64,000 bases of DNA from Cenococcum geophilum (lineage: Eukaryota). The number at the start of each line of letters is the position of its first letter. Position 1 is the stretch's first letter. Of this stretch, positions 52,440 to 64,000 are shown in pieces. Where the stretch lies: positions 8,680,001 through 8,744,000 of the forward strand of contig CP158636.1 in the NCBI GenBank assembly GCA_050273025.1, given 5' to 3'. Below the pieces are notes generated by a model. That model was given only the letters and a program-made list of their open reading frames with translations. It searched no databases and was not told the DNA's origin. The translations under genes and the position numbers were made by a program.

Positions 52440-52759
52440 AGGAGTACAAACTATGTACTGCGTACTTGGGCTGCCAATTATCTTCCCTTTCATTGAAATG
52501 AGATGCAATGGATGGGATGACTGCGTTTGATAGGATTGGGGGCCTTCAGGCCTTTTTTGGGAAGCGGACTGAACACTGGATGATGCATGAACAGGAGTTG
52601 AATTGGTCTGGTATTTCCTCTGTAAAACGCCGGCGCTATGCGGATATCCTGTATAATGGTACAAGGTCCAAAAGATCCAATATAATACATCGCTTTGGAA
52701 ACTCGTAAGACGTGCTTCCTTGTGTGACAAATTCGTACGCCCATCCTAGCCTCTTTATT

Positions 52760-53717
52760 TCATCGATAAATCTCGTCAAACGGCCGAGTATCTGTGAAAC
52801 AGCTATCCCAGACTTCATTGACTATTCTAGCGGCATGAACATCGTCTTTACATGTCGGCCGGGCCATAAGTGATAAAGTGGCTCTTCGCCGCACACACTC
52901 CTGCAATTGCTCTGTAATCTTCCATTGGTTGCGAGTAAAGAACTCTCGTGTAAATCGACATTCTCCAGAGAGAGTTGAGGCGCGAATCTGGGATTTGTTA
53001 GCTGCTTTGGTCTTGGCAGTGACTTCCGTTTTGCCCCAATTTCCTTGTCTACTCTCTACACTCTTCCTTCTTCATAACAACTGGCAAATCCAAACGGGCT
53101 ATGGACCATAAAAATGTAGAGAGAAAAAACCCCACATACCTCTGTGCACGCCTGATGCCTCAAGTTCCAGTTATCTACCTTAAACCGCATGTAATCATAC
53201 GCGTGTATCATTTCATGCGCCATTGTGTCCTCTATATGACCTCGATTCCGCATATGATTTGCACATAATAAGATTCCATAATTCAAGTCGAATCCTCCAG
53301 ATTGATCAGCCGTGCATCTTTTACAGCGCACGTTGGTGGAATTGATGTCTACGCCTAGTTTAGCAACTTCGGATTGTATAAAACGCACTGTAGGGCCTGC
53401 AATGGGTTAGCGATTGATTCTCATGTGATTGAGCCCTTTATAATGTAATGAAAAGGAACAGGGAAGTGAGGGTAGAGCAGTCACATACTATATTTGAATA
53501 AATAGTCCCTGTGAGTCTCGCATCTCTTGCAATCGCTTTCTTCTTTTAAAATGTCGCGTTCAAGGAAATACCCCTGCCTTTCCTCTTTACTAGCCTGCCC
53601 TGACAATATTGAGAAGAATGTGCTCCACGTGTAGAAGGTTGCATCAGGCTTCGGGGGACTAAGGGTTGGCTTTGAAGCAGTGCGCTGTGGCGGCGAACCA
53701 TCAGGCGTCTCAGACAT
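52760..53717 (-). CDS. ATP23: Mitochondrial inner membrane protease ATP23
   Basis: Motifs HEMIHAYD (metalloprotease), [15 protein letters not shown]-terminal [13 protein letters not shown]. Two introns. Confidence 0.93.
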
Positions 53718-53981
53718 AATTAGGGGTAAAAGAAGGCTATACGAACCCTTGGAACTGGGAAGCAACTGCAGGAATAAAGATGTAGGGCAATGTCGGAAGA
53801 AGGGCGGGCTGGAAGGGCGTGCTGCTAAGGCTTTTTCGCGGTCAAGGTGCGGGATTGATGGAAACACTGATTGGGTAAGGCCGAAGGCGGTGTGGAATTT
53901 GGGGCAGATATAAAGTTTCCTGTCGTGCTTCACTAATATAGTGTTATAATTGAGTAGAGGTGAGAGGATTTTGTAGCTATA

Positions 53982-55610
53982 ATGGCTGTTCACATGAAGA
54001 AACACCTTACAATCGTAATAAAACTCGGTATATCGTAACCTATACATCATATTATTCCTTCAACGGCAAAGAATTCTAGCTAGCTAACAAGCATCTTAGG
54101 GACGAGTTCCATTGTTGATGAAAAGACACATCAGCCTCTCCTCTCTATCCTCTCCGTAATTGTCGAAACTGCCGTAAAACTTTTAAAAGATGGTCATAAG
54201 GTGGTTCTTGTTTCCTCCGGCGCCATTGGCGTTGGATTGCGAAGAATGGATCTTGACCGTCGCCCCAAGCACCTCCCAAAGGTGCAAGCTCTGGCGGCAA
54301 TAGGCCAGTGTAGGCTGATGAGCTTGTGGGACCAGTTATTTGGACACCTGAGGCAGCCAGTTGCCCAAATACTCTTAACTAGAAACGACATTGCGGACCG
54401 GACGCAGTACCTCAATGCTCAGAATACTTTCTTCGAGCTGCTACACATGGGCGTAATACCAATTGTCAATGAGAACGATACTCTTGCAGTTACCGAGATC
54501 AAATTTGGCGACAATGACACCCTCTCAGCTATCACAGCCGGAATGGTACAAGCAGACTACCTGTTCCTTATGACAGACGTTGATTGCCTGTACGACAAAA
54601 ACCCTCGTACACACTCAGACGCCAGAGCTATCGAAGTTGTGGAAGACGTTGCAGACATTGTGGCCGATGTGTCAAGCCCAGGGTCAGCCGTAGGTACAGG
54701 AGGCATGTCTACCAAGATTGTTGCAGCACGTCTGGCCACTTCCGCAGGTGTCACTACCGTTATTACACGGTCCTCGAAACCTGGTAATATATCCGCTATT
54801 ATAAATTACATAGAAGCTCAAAAAGTGGCACAACTCGCCTCAGCCCGCACATCAACCCGCAATAGCCTCGTTATTGCGGACGATTCCAACCTCCCCCTAG
54901 CACAAGCCGCGGCGCTAAACTTGCAAAACGCTCAAAACGGCCCGGTCTCCTCTTCTATGCCCTCGAACCATGAAGAAGGTACTCCAAAACCGTCTCAAAC
55001 TCCTTCTCGTACTTCATCTCCTCACACCGAGTTCAGCCTCCAACCTCCCTTACATACCCGCTTCCTTCCTAACCTGCACCCAATCCGCGACCGCTACTTT
55101 TGGCTTCTCCACGGCCTTGCTCCGCACGGCACCGTCTATATCGATCAAGGAGCCTGGCAAGCCCTCTCCGACAAAGCAGGTTTACTTCCAGTCGGCGTTG
55201 TAGATGTTGAGGGTCAATTCGCGCAACAGGAAGCCGTCCGCCTTGTAGTCGTGAAACGGCTAAACGGCGCACCGCAAACTCCCAATACGCCTCCAACGCC
55301 CCAGCCACTACACAGAGAAAATAATAGCCATACTCCAACAACTTCTGGCACATCAACTCCACTTGCGTACGAACTGCGAAATCCAGCTCCCTTCGAAGTC
55401 GGTCGCGCTCTTGTGAACTATTCGGCAGCCGAAATTAGACGCATTCGCGGGGTACGGAGCACTGAGATTCATGAAGTGTTGGGGTATGCCGATAGCGAGT
55501 ATGTTGCTCTGCGGGAGAATATTGCGTTTTTCGGGATTGAGCGGAGCAGGCCTGCCACACCAGCTTTAGGGCATAGGATAGATGGAGTAGCAGGGGCGGG
55601 GGTGCAGTGA
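53982..55610 (+). CDS. PRO1: Glutamate 5-kinase
   Basis: Motifs TIVIKLG|TSS across an intron, VLVSSGAIGVG, NENDT, FGDNDTLSA, GTGGMSTK, plus a PUA domain. Confidence 0.95.
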
Positions 55611-56209
55611 GATCGAACCGCGTGAGATGAACCTAGCAACTCTCGTAGGGTTGGGAACATGTTTTCTGTGATGGGATGGGCGTTTTGAAGTTTTGGTGGC
55701 GGGCGAGGCTGGGGAAGTGGGTAATCGGAACGGTGTATCTGGAGCTTATTGACTGACCACGCTGATTTATACATCAAGGACTGCATTAGATGCGCCACAA
55801 TGGTTGATATAATTTCAGATTGGCGCTCTTGCTGCCATTCACATTATTATCACATGATACCTCGCGTATCCTAGTGTTAACTCCTATTTTTACATCCTAA
55901 CGTTCTAATACATTGCTTTTTATTTTTCATGCCACCTGAGTATACCCAGTTCAGCGACATTTTACAGTGCTTTCAGATTGGAATGCTAGAACGGCAGTTC
56001 AAATGAATAGAACGCGGTAACCAGCTAGCAGTACAGCCCTCTTTAGAGAAGGTCGCAGGGCCCCGAGTTCAGGGGTCCTAGGCGGAAGCACAGGACTTCA
56101 TGGTCTGACTTCAGCTTCTCGATAAGAACGGCTAAAGACCCGCAAAAATATGCGGAACGCAGAGTGCGATCTGGGGAGGCAGTACGAAGTCGTCGGTCTA
56201 GCGGTTCAT

Positions 56210-57133
56210 CTACCACCAACGCACTCCGAACATTTTGGTTGGACCTTTCCCACTTTCTTTCTTTGCATCAGCGTTTTCGAGGTAGATGCGTTGGTGTCCT
56301 GCTACTAGTAAATCAACTTATTCGCGAAAGACTATTAAATTGAGATAGGGTGTAAAGTGGAATGAACACTCACCCTTCACATCCAACGCAAGGAATTTAT
56401 ACTCATATTCATCTTGACTGGGCTTTTTCGTCATGTGCAGATTCACAACACCTGAGTTGAGCGGTCCTTCAACATAGAAATGCATGCGCAAGTGTTCGGT
56501 GCCCCAGCGGTCTTTTTCCGTCGTGGACCTGTGCGCAACCATAAATAGGTAGTTCGGCAGGTGAGAGGCTCGGAGGGGCTTTGCCTACGCTATTACCCTA
56601 TTCCTTGCCCACCGGCTCCATGAAGGCTCCCCAAATGCCTGGATCTTCTTGCCGTCCCCCAATAACTCTATGCATTTTGGATCTCTCTTTATTCGGTCCG
56701 CGGCACGGTTGAAATGGCTCGTTTTGCTGTCATATGAAAATACCTCTGTGTACAGAAGTGCGACAACTGCACCCTATATTCCAACAATGAGAACCATGTT
56801 CTTGGTCTGATGTATGGAGGGGTTCGGTGAAGTAAAACATACAGTCAAAGCCACACCCGCTATTACCACAACAAGATTGATCCCTTGCTGTGTCGTCCTG
56901 GCAGCCTTCTCTCGAGCACTAAGCTCTCCCCACCGTACGCGACCGTCATCATTCACGATGGTAACATGCTTGCGGCTTGTAGAGCTAGTGGAGTTGGCTT
57001 TTAAGCTTCTCTGCGCAGTAAAGCTTCGTGAAAAAACCACTCGAACCGTGGAGCGAGGGAACGATCGTCTAAGGCATAAAGAAGAAAGGCGACGTAGAGA
57101 CGAGGCATGTGGGGGTCTTTGTATTGCTTTCAT
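56210..57133 (-). CDS. TIM21: Mitochondrial import inner membrane translocase subunit Tim21
   Basis: Motifs VRWGELSAREKAARTTQQ, a TM segment, EHLRMHFYVEG, YKFLALDVKG and a FGVRWW* end. Three introns. Confidence 0.9.
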
Positions 57134-57353
57134 GGTTGGATCATCGCTGTATGAAGCTTGACAGCTCGGTCGGCTCGTGCAAAGCGGAGGTGCTCGTGCC
57201 TCTCCCGCAGGCTGGAACGCCACAAGCGTGGCGGCGGTGATATCCAAACTTCTGATATCAAAGACAACGCAACACCGCTATTTTTCCCACAACCTCTCCC
57301 ACCACTATTGAAATCGCCTCCTACCCTCCTTTCACCCCCTCAAAGCGAGCGTC

Positions 57354-58973
57354 ATGAGTAGTAACAAAAAATCAACGCTGTCATACCTCCCCGACATCCT
57401 AATCGCCGCCGCCGCTGTACGTTGACATCCAAGCCTCGCATATTTCCTTTCCTTGAGCGTGCTTCCTTGGTTAAATTGACACCGGAAACTAATCCATTTG
57501 TTTTTAAGCCTCTCATAGCTTACTTCCTCATTCGGAATATAATATCACGGCTAGATCCCGAAGCGCAGCAGAAAGAGGAAGCGCGGCAGAAGGCCCGCGC
57601 CGCGTCGCAGAAGCTCGATGGCATACTAGCAAATAAGTCACGCGAGTCATCGGAAGATGGCTCCGAGTACGATAGCAGTTATCGGCGGCCGAGGAAGGAG
57701 GATTTAGTGTTGACTCCATATGAGCAGACAATAGCAATGGAGGTGGTGGCTCCCGAAGAGATCCCGGTTACGTTTGAGGGTATGTAGGACATCTCCGTAC
57801 TGTAGAAGATCCGCATTCTACGGCTGAGGTGAAGAAGGCGGCATTTGCAAAGCACGAGAATTAGACACCTTTGATAAGAATTAATTGCTAATATTTCCGG
57901 TAGATATCGGTGGCCTCGATTCGATAATTGAAGAGCTCAAGGAATCCATCATCTACCCACTAACCATGCCACACCTCTACGCTCATTCCTCGTCTCTCCT
58001 CTCCGCGCCTTCTGGTGTCCTCCTTTATGGACCTCCTGGCTGCGGTAAAACTATGCTCGCAAAAGCGCTGGCGCATGAGAGCGGTGCATGCTTCATAAAT
58101 CTGCATATCTCTACTCTTACAGAAAAGTGGTACGGAGACTCAAATAAGCTAGTCAATGCGGTCTTTTCATTAGCGAGGAAACTTCAACCTAGTATTGTGT
58201 TCATTGACGAAATCGATGCGGTGCTCGGGCAGAGAAGGAGCGGAGAGCATGAGGCTAGTGGAATGGTGAAGGCTGAGTATGTCATTCCTTACATTAATAC
58301 CTTCTCTCCTCTGTTTTCTTCTCCATTTCCTTACGATATAAACTTCAATCTGCCATCGTCCTCCCCACTCACCCGGTACTCGTGCCATATGCTAACCAAT
58401 ATCAGATTCATGACACACTGGGATGGTCTCTCTTCCTCTTCGCGCCCAGGATCTACAACTCCCCAACGCATCTGCATTCTCGGTGCCACAAATCGCATCC
58501 AAGACATCGATGAAGCTATCTTACGTCGCATGCCCAAGAAATTCCCAGTCGCGCTTCCAACAGCCTCCCAGCGCCATAATATCTTCTCCCTCATCCTACG
58601 CGGCACCAAAATTGATACGCCCCATTTCGACCTCAACTATCTGGTTCGCGTCTCCGCCGGTATGAGCGGGAGCGATATCAAGGAGGCGTGTAGAGACGCT
58701 GCCATGGGGCCAGTACGTGAGTACATAAGAAAGAAGAAAGCCGATGGCAGTCTTGGGCGTGGTGTTGTGCCGGAAGATGTCAGGGGACTACGGACGGAAG
58801 ATTTCTTTGGCAAATGGAGACGAGGAGCTGAGCCTGGTGATCAGGAAGTGGTTCCCAGTATCGATCGAGGTATATCAAGTGTGCACACGGAGACGGAGGA
58901 GAGTGAAGAGAGTAGCGAAGTCGATGAAGAATTTCAGGATTCGGCGTATCAAGAAGCAGCGGTTGTGAGGTGA
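57354..58973 (+). CDS. MSP1: Mitochondrial/peroxisomal outer-membrane AAA ATPase Msp1 (ATAD1)
   Basis: Motifs DIGGLD, GPPGCGKT, TLTEKWYGDSNKLV, FIDEID, EHEASGMVKAE|FMTHWDGL, LGATNR. N-terminal TM segment. Three introns. Confidence 0.93.
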
Positions 58974-60307
58974 GAATGGTCCAGTGGGTTTGGTGGGTAA
59001 AATCAAAGGGGAGCCATGGATATCTAGACATGATAGTAAATAAGGCGAGGTCATCATACAGGTGTAGTATTATCTCAAGAATCTTGAAGGCCACAGAGCC
59101 ACGAATGGCATGGGATCGGCGTTTCGGACGCTTGGCGGATAGGGTAATGTCAGCCGGTAAGATTTCATTGCACATAGACTCAACTCAAGCCCACGATGTA
59201 TTAATTCATTTAAATTTAAATTTACTCCTACGCTCCTATTTTCTCGATTTTAAATTTTATAGAATTTTAGCGTTCGTAAATCCGCTAAGACCTTCTTGGG
59301 CTGGTTTTTTTTTCAAAGCGTCTTTTTAAAACACTATTGTCTGAACGAGTTCGAACAGGAATTTGTGGTCGCAGTCACGTGAGCTAAGCGAGCTCAGGAA
59401 ACCCCTTAAATTCTACCACTTCATGTACGATTAGAAGAACAGTCACCATCCAAACAAGCATACGATACTACATGTATTTCGTGCCCGTGGATACGACTCA
59501 CTCGTGCTATTAAGTTAGTACGAACAACTATCCTATTGTCTTTCAAAGACAGTAAGGATAAATTACCATTCAAATCAGCCTCCCGGGGAGCAACTCTAAC
59601 CAACGAAGAGTATCCTTTCAGGATTGCAAGTTCTAACCTACGGACGGCTAAGGCATCGTTTAAATAACTTGTTCTAGGCTCCAGGATGCTTCCCACTCAC
59701 ATGCCGTTGATCCGATTTATACGCTAGCCGATCATCTAGGCACATGCTCTTTTTTCCTGTTTCGAACAGTCGCGGTTGCATGCAAGGCTGAGGTGTCTCT
59801 TTTATCGAAGCAGGTGGGGCGCATACATGTCTTACACCTCTTCCGCATCAGCTAAGTTTGCAAACCCCAGTGTCCCGAGCATCAAGGCAAAAGGACTTTC
59901 CTCATGCATGAAGCTAAATCAAGTAGGTGGCGTGGAGAGTTTAACTCGTGATCAGAACAAGGTTCATTCAGCTTTGTCTTTCCATGCTGTGGGCGAAAGA
60001 TAACTCCACGGCAATACTGGCTGGTTGTTTAGACTGCATGCTATTGGTCTTTCTTAACAATAAACCTTATTTATTCCATTACAATGATAAAGCTACAAAA
60101 AAAAACCATTAGTAAGCATAGTTAGGCAGAAATTGGAAAAACGTGATGCTAGTTGATTCAACGCTGTCAGCGTAGAGCTTCTAGAGAGCAGCTACGGACC
60201 TATCCACATTGCATACACTGCGTCTGTGGCCGTCAGGGCAGGAGTTAAGTACGCCTCGGTCGTCCTATTTCTATCGGACGTCTTGTCTGCAAGGAAACCT
60301 GGCCTTA

Positions 60308-60546
60308 CAGCGTAGAAATAAGCGGCCGATATTGGCACGTGCGCAACCACCAAAAATCGACGATTGTTTGAGGAGGAGATGGACTAGAAGATGATTTAGA
60401 ATATATACAAGTACTATATAAAGCGTCTACACGATTATAAAAGACGTAATGAGCAAATGACAAAGTATTAGAGTAGTAATATATCTTCAAAAATCGATTT
60501 TTAGTGGTTGCGCATGTGCCAATATCGGCCGCTTATTTCTACGCTG
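60308..60546. mobile_element. Tc1/mariner-type MITE, 239 bp
   Basis: ~50 bp TIRs (CAGCGTAGAAATAAGCGGCCGATATTGGCAC...) flanked by a TA duplication, with an AT-rich core. Confidence 0.9.
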
Positions 60547-60635
60547 TACAGCTGGGACCTCGTATTCGAGGACGGAAGGAAGTTCTCGTTTATGCTCGAA
60601 GGCCCGTGCGTAAGCCTTAGGAACACCAAACAAAT

Positions 60636-60701
60636 CTAGCTTTCTAATTGGCCAGTTCCTTATCGATAACTACAGGACGAATTCCACCGTGTTAAGGGAT
60701 A
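60636..60701. repeat. Partial relic of the MITE family seen at 46192-46335
   Basis: Shares attggc.agt.cttatcgataact...gttaagggata with 46272-46335. Confidence 0.6.
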
Positions 60702-60920
60702 GGATTATACGTGTAATTAAAATCCTTTTAAGTAGTTGCGGGAAGTCTTTAGGTTAACCTAAACGACATGCAGGGGAATCATAGCTGGCTGCAGACTCTA
60801 GACATTAAGATACCGCTCGGTTCATATACATTACCTAAGGGCGGGTGGAGGGTAATTCTAAGTATGTAAGGTAGGAAATTAAATAGAGAACAGATTAAGG
60901 GCAAAAAAAAAAAAGAATAA

Positions 60921-61040
60921 ACATACAACAGCGAGGATTCGCTAGTGGTCACCCACCTAACTACTGATTCGCCGGTTACTGGTTTAAATATAGGGGAGCG
61001 GACGGGACCCTTTGCTCTCCAGTACCTATGAGTCGTATGT
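60921..61040 (-). rRNA. Dispersed 5S rRNA gene
   Basis: Reverse complement reads ACATACGAC...GTCCCGTCCGCTCCCC...AGTAGTTAGGTGGGTGACCACTAGCGAATCC...TGTTGTATGT (120 nt). It is followed by a T-rich terminator and has a TATA-like box ~25 bp upstream. Confidence 0.93.
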
Positions 61041-61743
61041 GCAAGGAAAGTGGACTTGGTCATATTATAAACGCAAAGATGGAGAGAAAATATATCTAGG
61101 CGAGCCCTTAAAGAACTCTACAACGGAATATAGATCTGTCAGGGCTGGTTGACGTTGAAGCCGATGCGAAAGACAAGGACGTTCCAATACGCAAGGCGAT
61201 TATTTACACTGATGATCAATAATCTCGAGGGACTTTTGGGCTAGGGCGTCCACTCTACTTCTTGCTCGTCTCTCTTTTAGCGCTTGACGCTTGGCGGAGA
61301 AGGTAAGAAATTTGATGTGCTAGAGCTCTCTGACAGGATATATGAGATGGATAAAGGATAACCTGCTGCGCCACAGCCGAGAAGCGAAGAATACGAATGG
61401 CCCGGCGCGACCGACACAGGCGACGCAATCAACCTCCCGACGGCCCAATAACTAGCCAACACCCACTGCAGACCAGGACGATTCTCTTACGCTGCGAGGA
61501 TTGATTATGTTGTGGTGGCTGACGGAGGACTAACGTACATTTGGCGCCATGATCATCCACCACCTGTAGCTGCTCCATACGTGGTTTGCCCAAGGCAACA
61601 GTATAAAGGACAAAGGTTTGGCATCAACTCGTGTTGCTGTTCTTCTCTTCCTCATTTCCATCTGCCATTGTCGTCTTTTTCCTTAATTCTCTCTCTCAAT
61701 ACTCATACAGCTGTCTGAATCGCTGCCCTCGCCACCACCCAAG

Positions 61744-63432
61744 ATGGATATCCCCCCCGGAATGGCAATGGCGCCCTTGACCGAGGACGATTTGGCCGAC
61801 TTCCTCTTCAACTACTTCAAAGCCGAGTATGCACCCATTCGCAGCTTCTTCAGCACCGCATATGCCGAGCCCCGCATGCCGCAGCGCTGGAGCTCAATGG
61901 GCCACGAGCTCCAGCCTGTCATCATCAGACCCGCGAACGCGCAGGCGCAGAAGGATCTCGAGAGTCTAGATATCTTCCTCCGCCAGCGGAACCTCGACGC
62001 CACGTTCGTGCGTGGCATCGTGGTGCGGTTTGCCAAGTACGAACTCCACGAGCGGCTAGAGAAGAAGCTGAACGAGTCCAGCCGCGTGGATCTAATGGTG
62101 CGGAAAGCATTGAAAGAGAAGCACGTGATTGATTCTCTCTGGCCCGCCGCGGCGAAAAGCCCTTACGACCGCGTGCAGCAGGGCAACAAAGTGCGCGGGT
62201 GGTACGGCGACATGTTCGCAAAGTACTTCCGCTACTTGCACAGCGTGGACGACTACAAGCTGCGGCCCGAAGTCGACGACCGCATCCGCCGCAGCTCGCA
62301 GCTCATCCTCGTCCCCCACGTCGACCACCTCGTCTTCGGCCCCATCGAGCCCATCCTCCCCATCGCAGCGAAAGGCGTCGTGCACACCCGCTCCTCCAGC
62401 ACCCGTGACGCCAGCTTCGCGCACCCAACCATCCGCCCCGACGCGCGCGCCGACCGCTTCGAAATCCGCTTCGATGCGCCCTCTTACCTCTCCGAAACCC
62501 ACACCCGCAGCGTAGTCCGCACGACCGACTGTCTGAAATGCGGCACCAAGCGCGACGTCACCGTCGTCATCTCCCTCGACCCGGCCCCGGGCCCCGTCGA
62601 GCGCAGCAAACACTCAGCCGCGAGCACGGGAGCGGGAGCAGGAGCGGGCCACCACACTTCCAACACCTCCGCGCCCCTCGCCGCACGACGCGACTCGTCC
62701 AAAGCAGCGCAGAAATATAGCCCAGGACACGTGCTGCCGGTCAGCGAGATCCGCACGCCGGCCGCGACGCTGGACGCGACGCCCGCGCTGCAGCACGACC
62801 GGAGCAGCACCGCGCGCCCCGCCAGAGCGCCCCCGAAGCAGCAGCAGCAGCAGCAGCACCGCCACCACCACCCTGACGGCTCGAAGCCGGAGAAGCAGAC
62901 ACCAGCACCCTCGAGCGCGCCTGCGCGGGAGCGAGCGAGCAGCGAGACCCAGACCCCCACTGACCCCCCCGCCAACGCGCGCAGCAGCCTCAGCTTCAAC
63001 ATCCTCTCCCTCTGGCCCGCCCGCGCCGCCGCCGCCGCCGCTGACCCCGCTGACCCCGCTCCCGTCACCAAGGCCGTCACCACCACCACCGCTGTCTCCG
63101 CTGCCCCACCTCACCCCCCAACCTCACCGCGCACGCATCCAACCCCCCGACCCCCTCACCTTGCCGCTCCGCCCTCGCCGACCATGCTCCCGCTCTCCCC
63201 GCCGCCGCCGCCGCCATACCGGCTCCCTGGCGAAGCGAGTCTGCTGGATACGGATGTGCCGCTAGCTACGGAGCCGCAAGAGGCAGGGTGGGGAGACGAG
63301 GAGAGGGAGGGGACAGAGCGGGAGGGACAGGCGGAGGAAGGGGAGGAATGGGGGCACAGCGCACGGCGGATGGCGAGTCCGGAGATTGTGGATGAGGCGC
63401 GGGAGGCGGCGAGTGTGTGGATGGAGGGGTAG
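61744..63432 (+). CDS. Hypothetical protein, 562 aa, with a Pro/Ala-rich disordered C-terminal half
   Basis: Intronless ORF with strong GC3 bias, good start context (CCAAGATGG) and a CT-rich leader. Confidence 0.75.
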   Translation: MDIPPGMAMAPLTEDDLADFLFNYFKAEYAPIRSFFSTAYAEPRMPQRWSSMGHELQPVIIRPANAQAQKDLESLDIFLRQRNLDATFVRGIVVRFAKYELHERLEKKLNESSRVDLMVRKALKEKHVIDSLWPAAAKSPYDRVQQGNKVRGWYGDMFAKYFRYLHSVDDYKLRPEVDDRIRRSSQLILVPHVDHLVFGPIEPILPIAAKGVVHTRSSSTRDASFAHPTIRPDARADRFEIRFDAPSYLSETHTRSVVRTTDCLKCGTKRDVTVVISLDPAPGPVERSKHSAASTGAGAGAGHHTSNTSAPLAARRDSSKAAQKYSPGHVLPVSEIRTPAATLDATPALQHDRSSTARPARAPPKQQQQQQHRHHHPDGSKPEKQTPAPSSAPARERASSETQTPTDPPANARSSLSFNILSLWPARAAAAAADPADPAPVTKAVTTTTAVSAAPPHPPTSPRTHPTPRPPHLAAPPSPTMLPLSPPPPPPYRLPGEASLLDTDVPLATEPQEAGWGDEEREGTEREGQAEEGEEWGHSARRMASPEIVDEAREAASVWMEG

Positions 63433-64000
63433 GTGTTGTGGCGTTAGGACTGGGGCTGGGGCTGGGGTTGGGGCTGAGGGGAATACCTGGGATGGGTGGG
63501 ATGGCGTTGGGTTGGGACCATCGGGTGGCTTTGGGGGGTATGGCGCGTCTGGATTCAACGAAAAAGCTCGAGATGATCGTAATGATAATCAGCAACTTCG
63601 CTATATACACATCTACCCATTATTTTTCGCCGTCTTACGCAAAAGGCCATCGTTCTTGTACGCATATTTACAGGAGAAAGGACAGTTGGGAATGGATCGA
63701 ATCGACTCTCGGCTATCCAGAACCACCAGACTTGCAACCACAGCTACCCCCCTGGTATCAACAGATCCAACCACACCCAAGCATTGCGGTAACAAAGCAC
63801 TAAGTGGACGAGCTTTTAGGCGTTTTTTCCATGGTCGCGCGCGGTCACTAGCGCCTCGGATGACGTGGGATAGATCACCGACTGCATCATGCGTTCTAAG
63901 ACCTCTACAACACCCGAAGACTTCCGTTGCTACCCCAGAGCCATCGAGAAGAGGGGAGGGCGGTGTTGAACTCACCAGGCAACCGAAACGGGAAATCCAA

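Noticed and set aside
53718..54050. N-terminal extension of ATP23 suggested by the 189 aa ORF
   Set aside because: It overlaps the divergent PRO1 promoter and first exon. The MSETPD start at 53717 fits the family better.
59330..59400. ctaagcgagctcag motif resembling the MITE TIR at 45386
   Set aside because: The match is short, with no partner TIR or TSD found.
60921..61040. 5S gene as the Starship insertion site
   Set aside because: It is intact and 31 kb from the putative boundary, and no 5S fragment was seen near 30,020.
46423..63610. Numerous antisense or alternative-frame ORFs overlapping the real genes
   Set aside because: They are shadow ORFs caused by codon bias and GC content and have no recognisable motifs.
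63600..64000. Possible gene running off the right edge
   Set aside because: Open frames exist on both strands with no recognisable motif, so strand and product cannot be determined.

Overview
Filamentous ascomycete (Pezizomycotina) genomic DNA in two compartments. Bases 1 to ~45,900 are an AT-rich block wrecked by repeat-induced point mutation (RIP). Undoing C>T/G>A changes by eye reveals a nested stack of elements. A Starship-type giant transposon has its DUF3435 tyrosine-recombinase captain at 26947-29468 (-), a putative 5' end near 30,020, and cargo running leftward off the window: an ankyrin/C2H2 gene, an HMT1-like ABC transporter, an FHA-like kinase, a small secreted protein and others. 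It appears to be inserted in the 3' end of a RecQ-like helicase gene. That helicase gene is also split by a full-length copia retrotransposon (30736-42766), which is itself split by a chromodomain gypsy element (32203-38092). A young non-autonomous LTR element (22804-24469) and several MITEs are also present. From ~46,350 on the sequence is normal euchromatin: a HeLo-like-N/ankyrin gene, TIP41, Aurora kinase, ATP23, PRO1, TIM21, MSP1, a dispersed 5S rRNA gene and a Pro-rich orphan gene. Pseudogene translations are manual reconstructions and their coordinates are approximate. No database searches were run.
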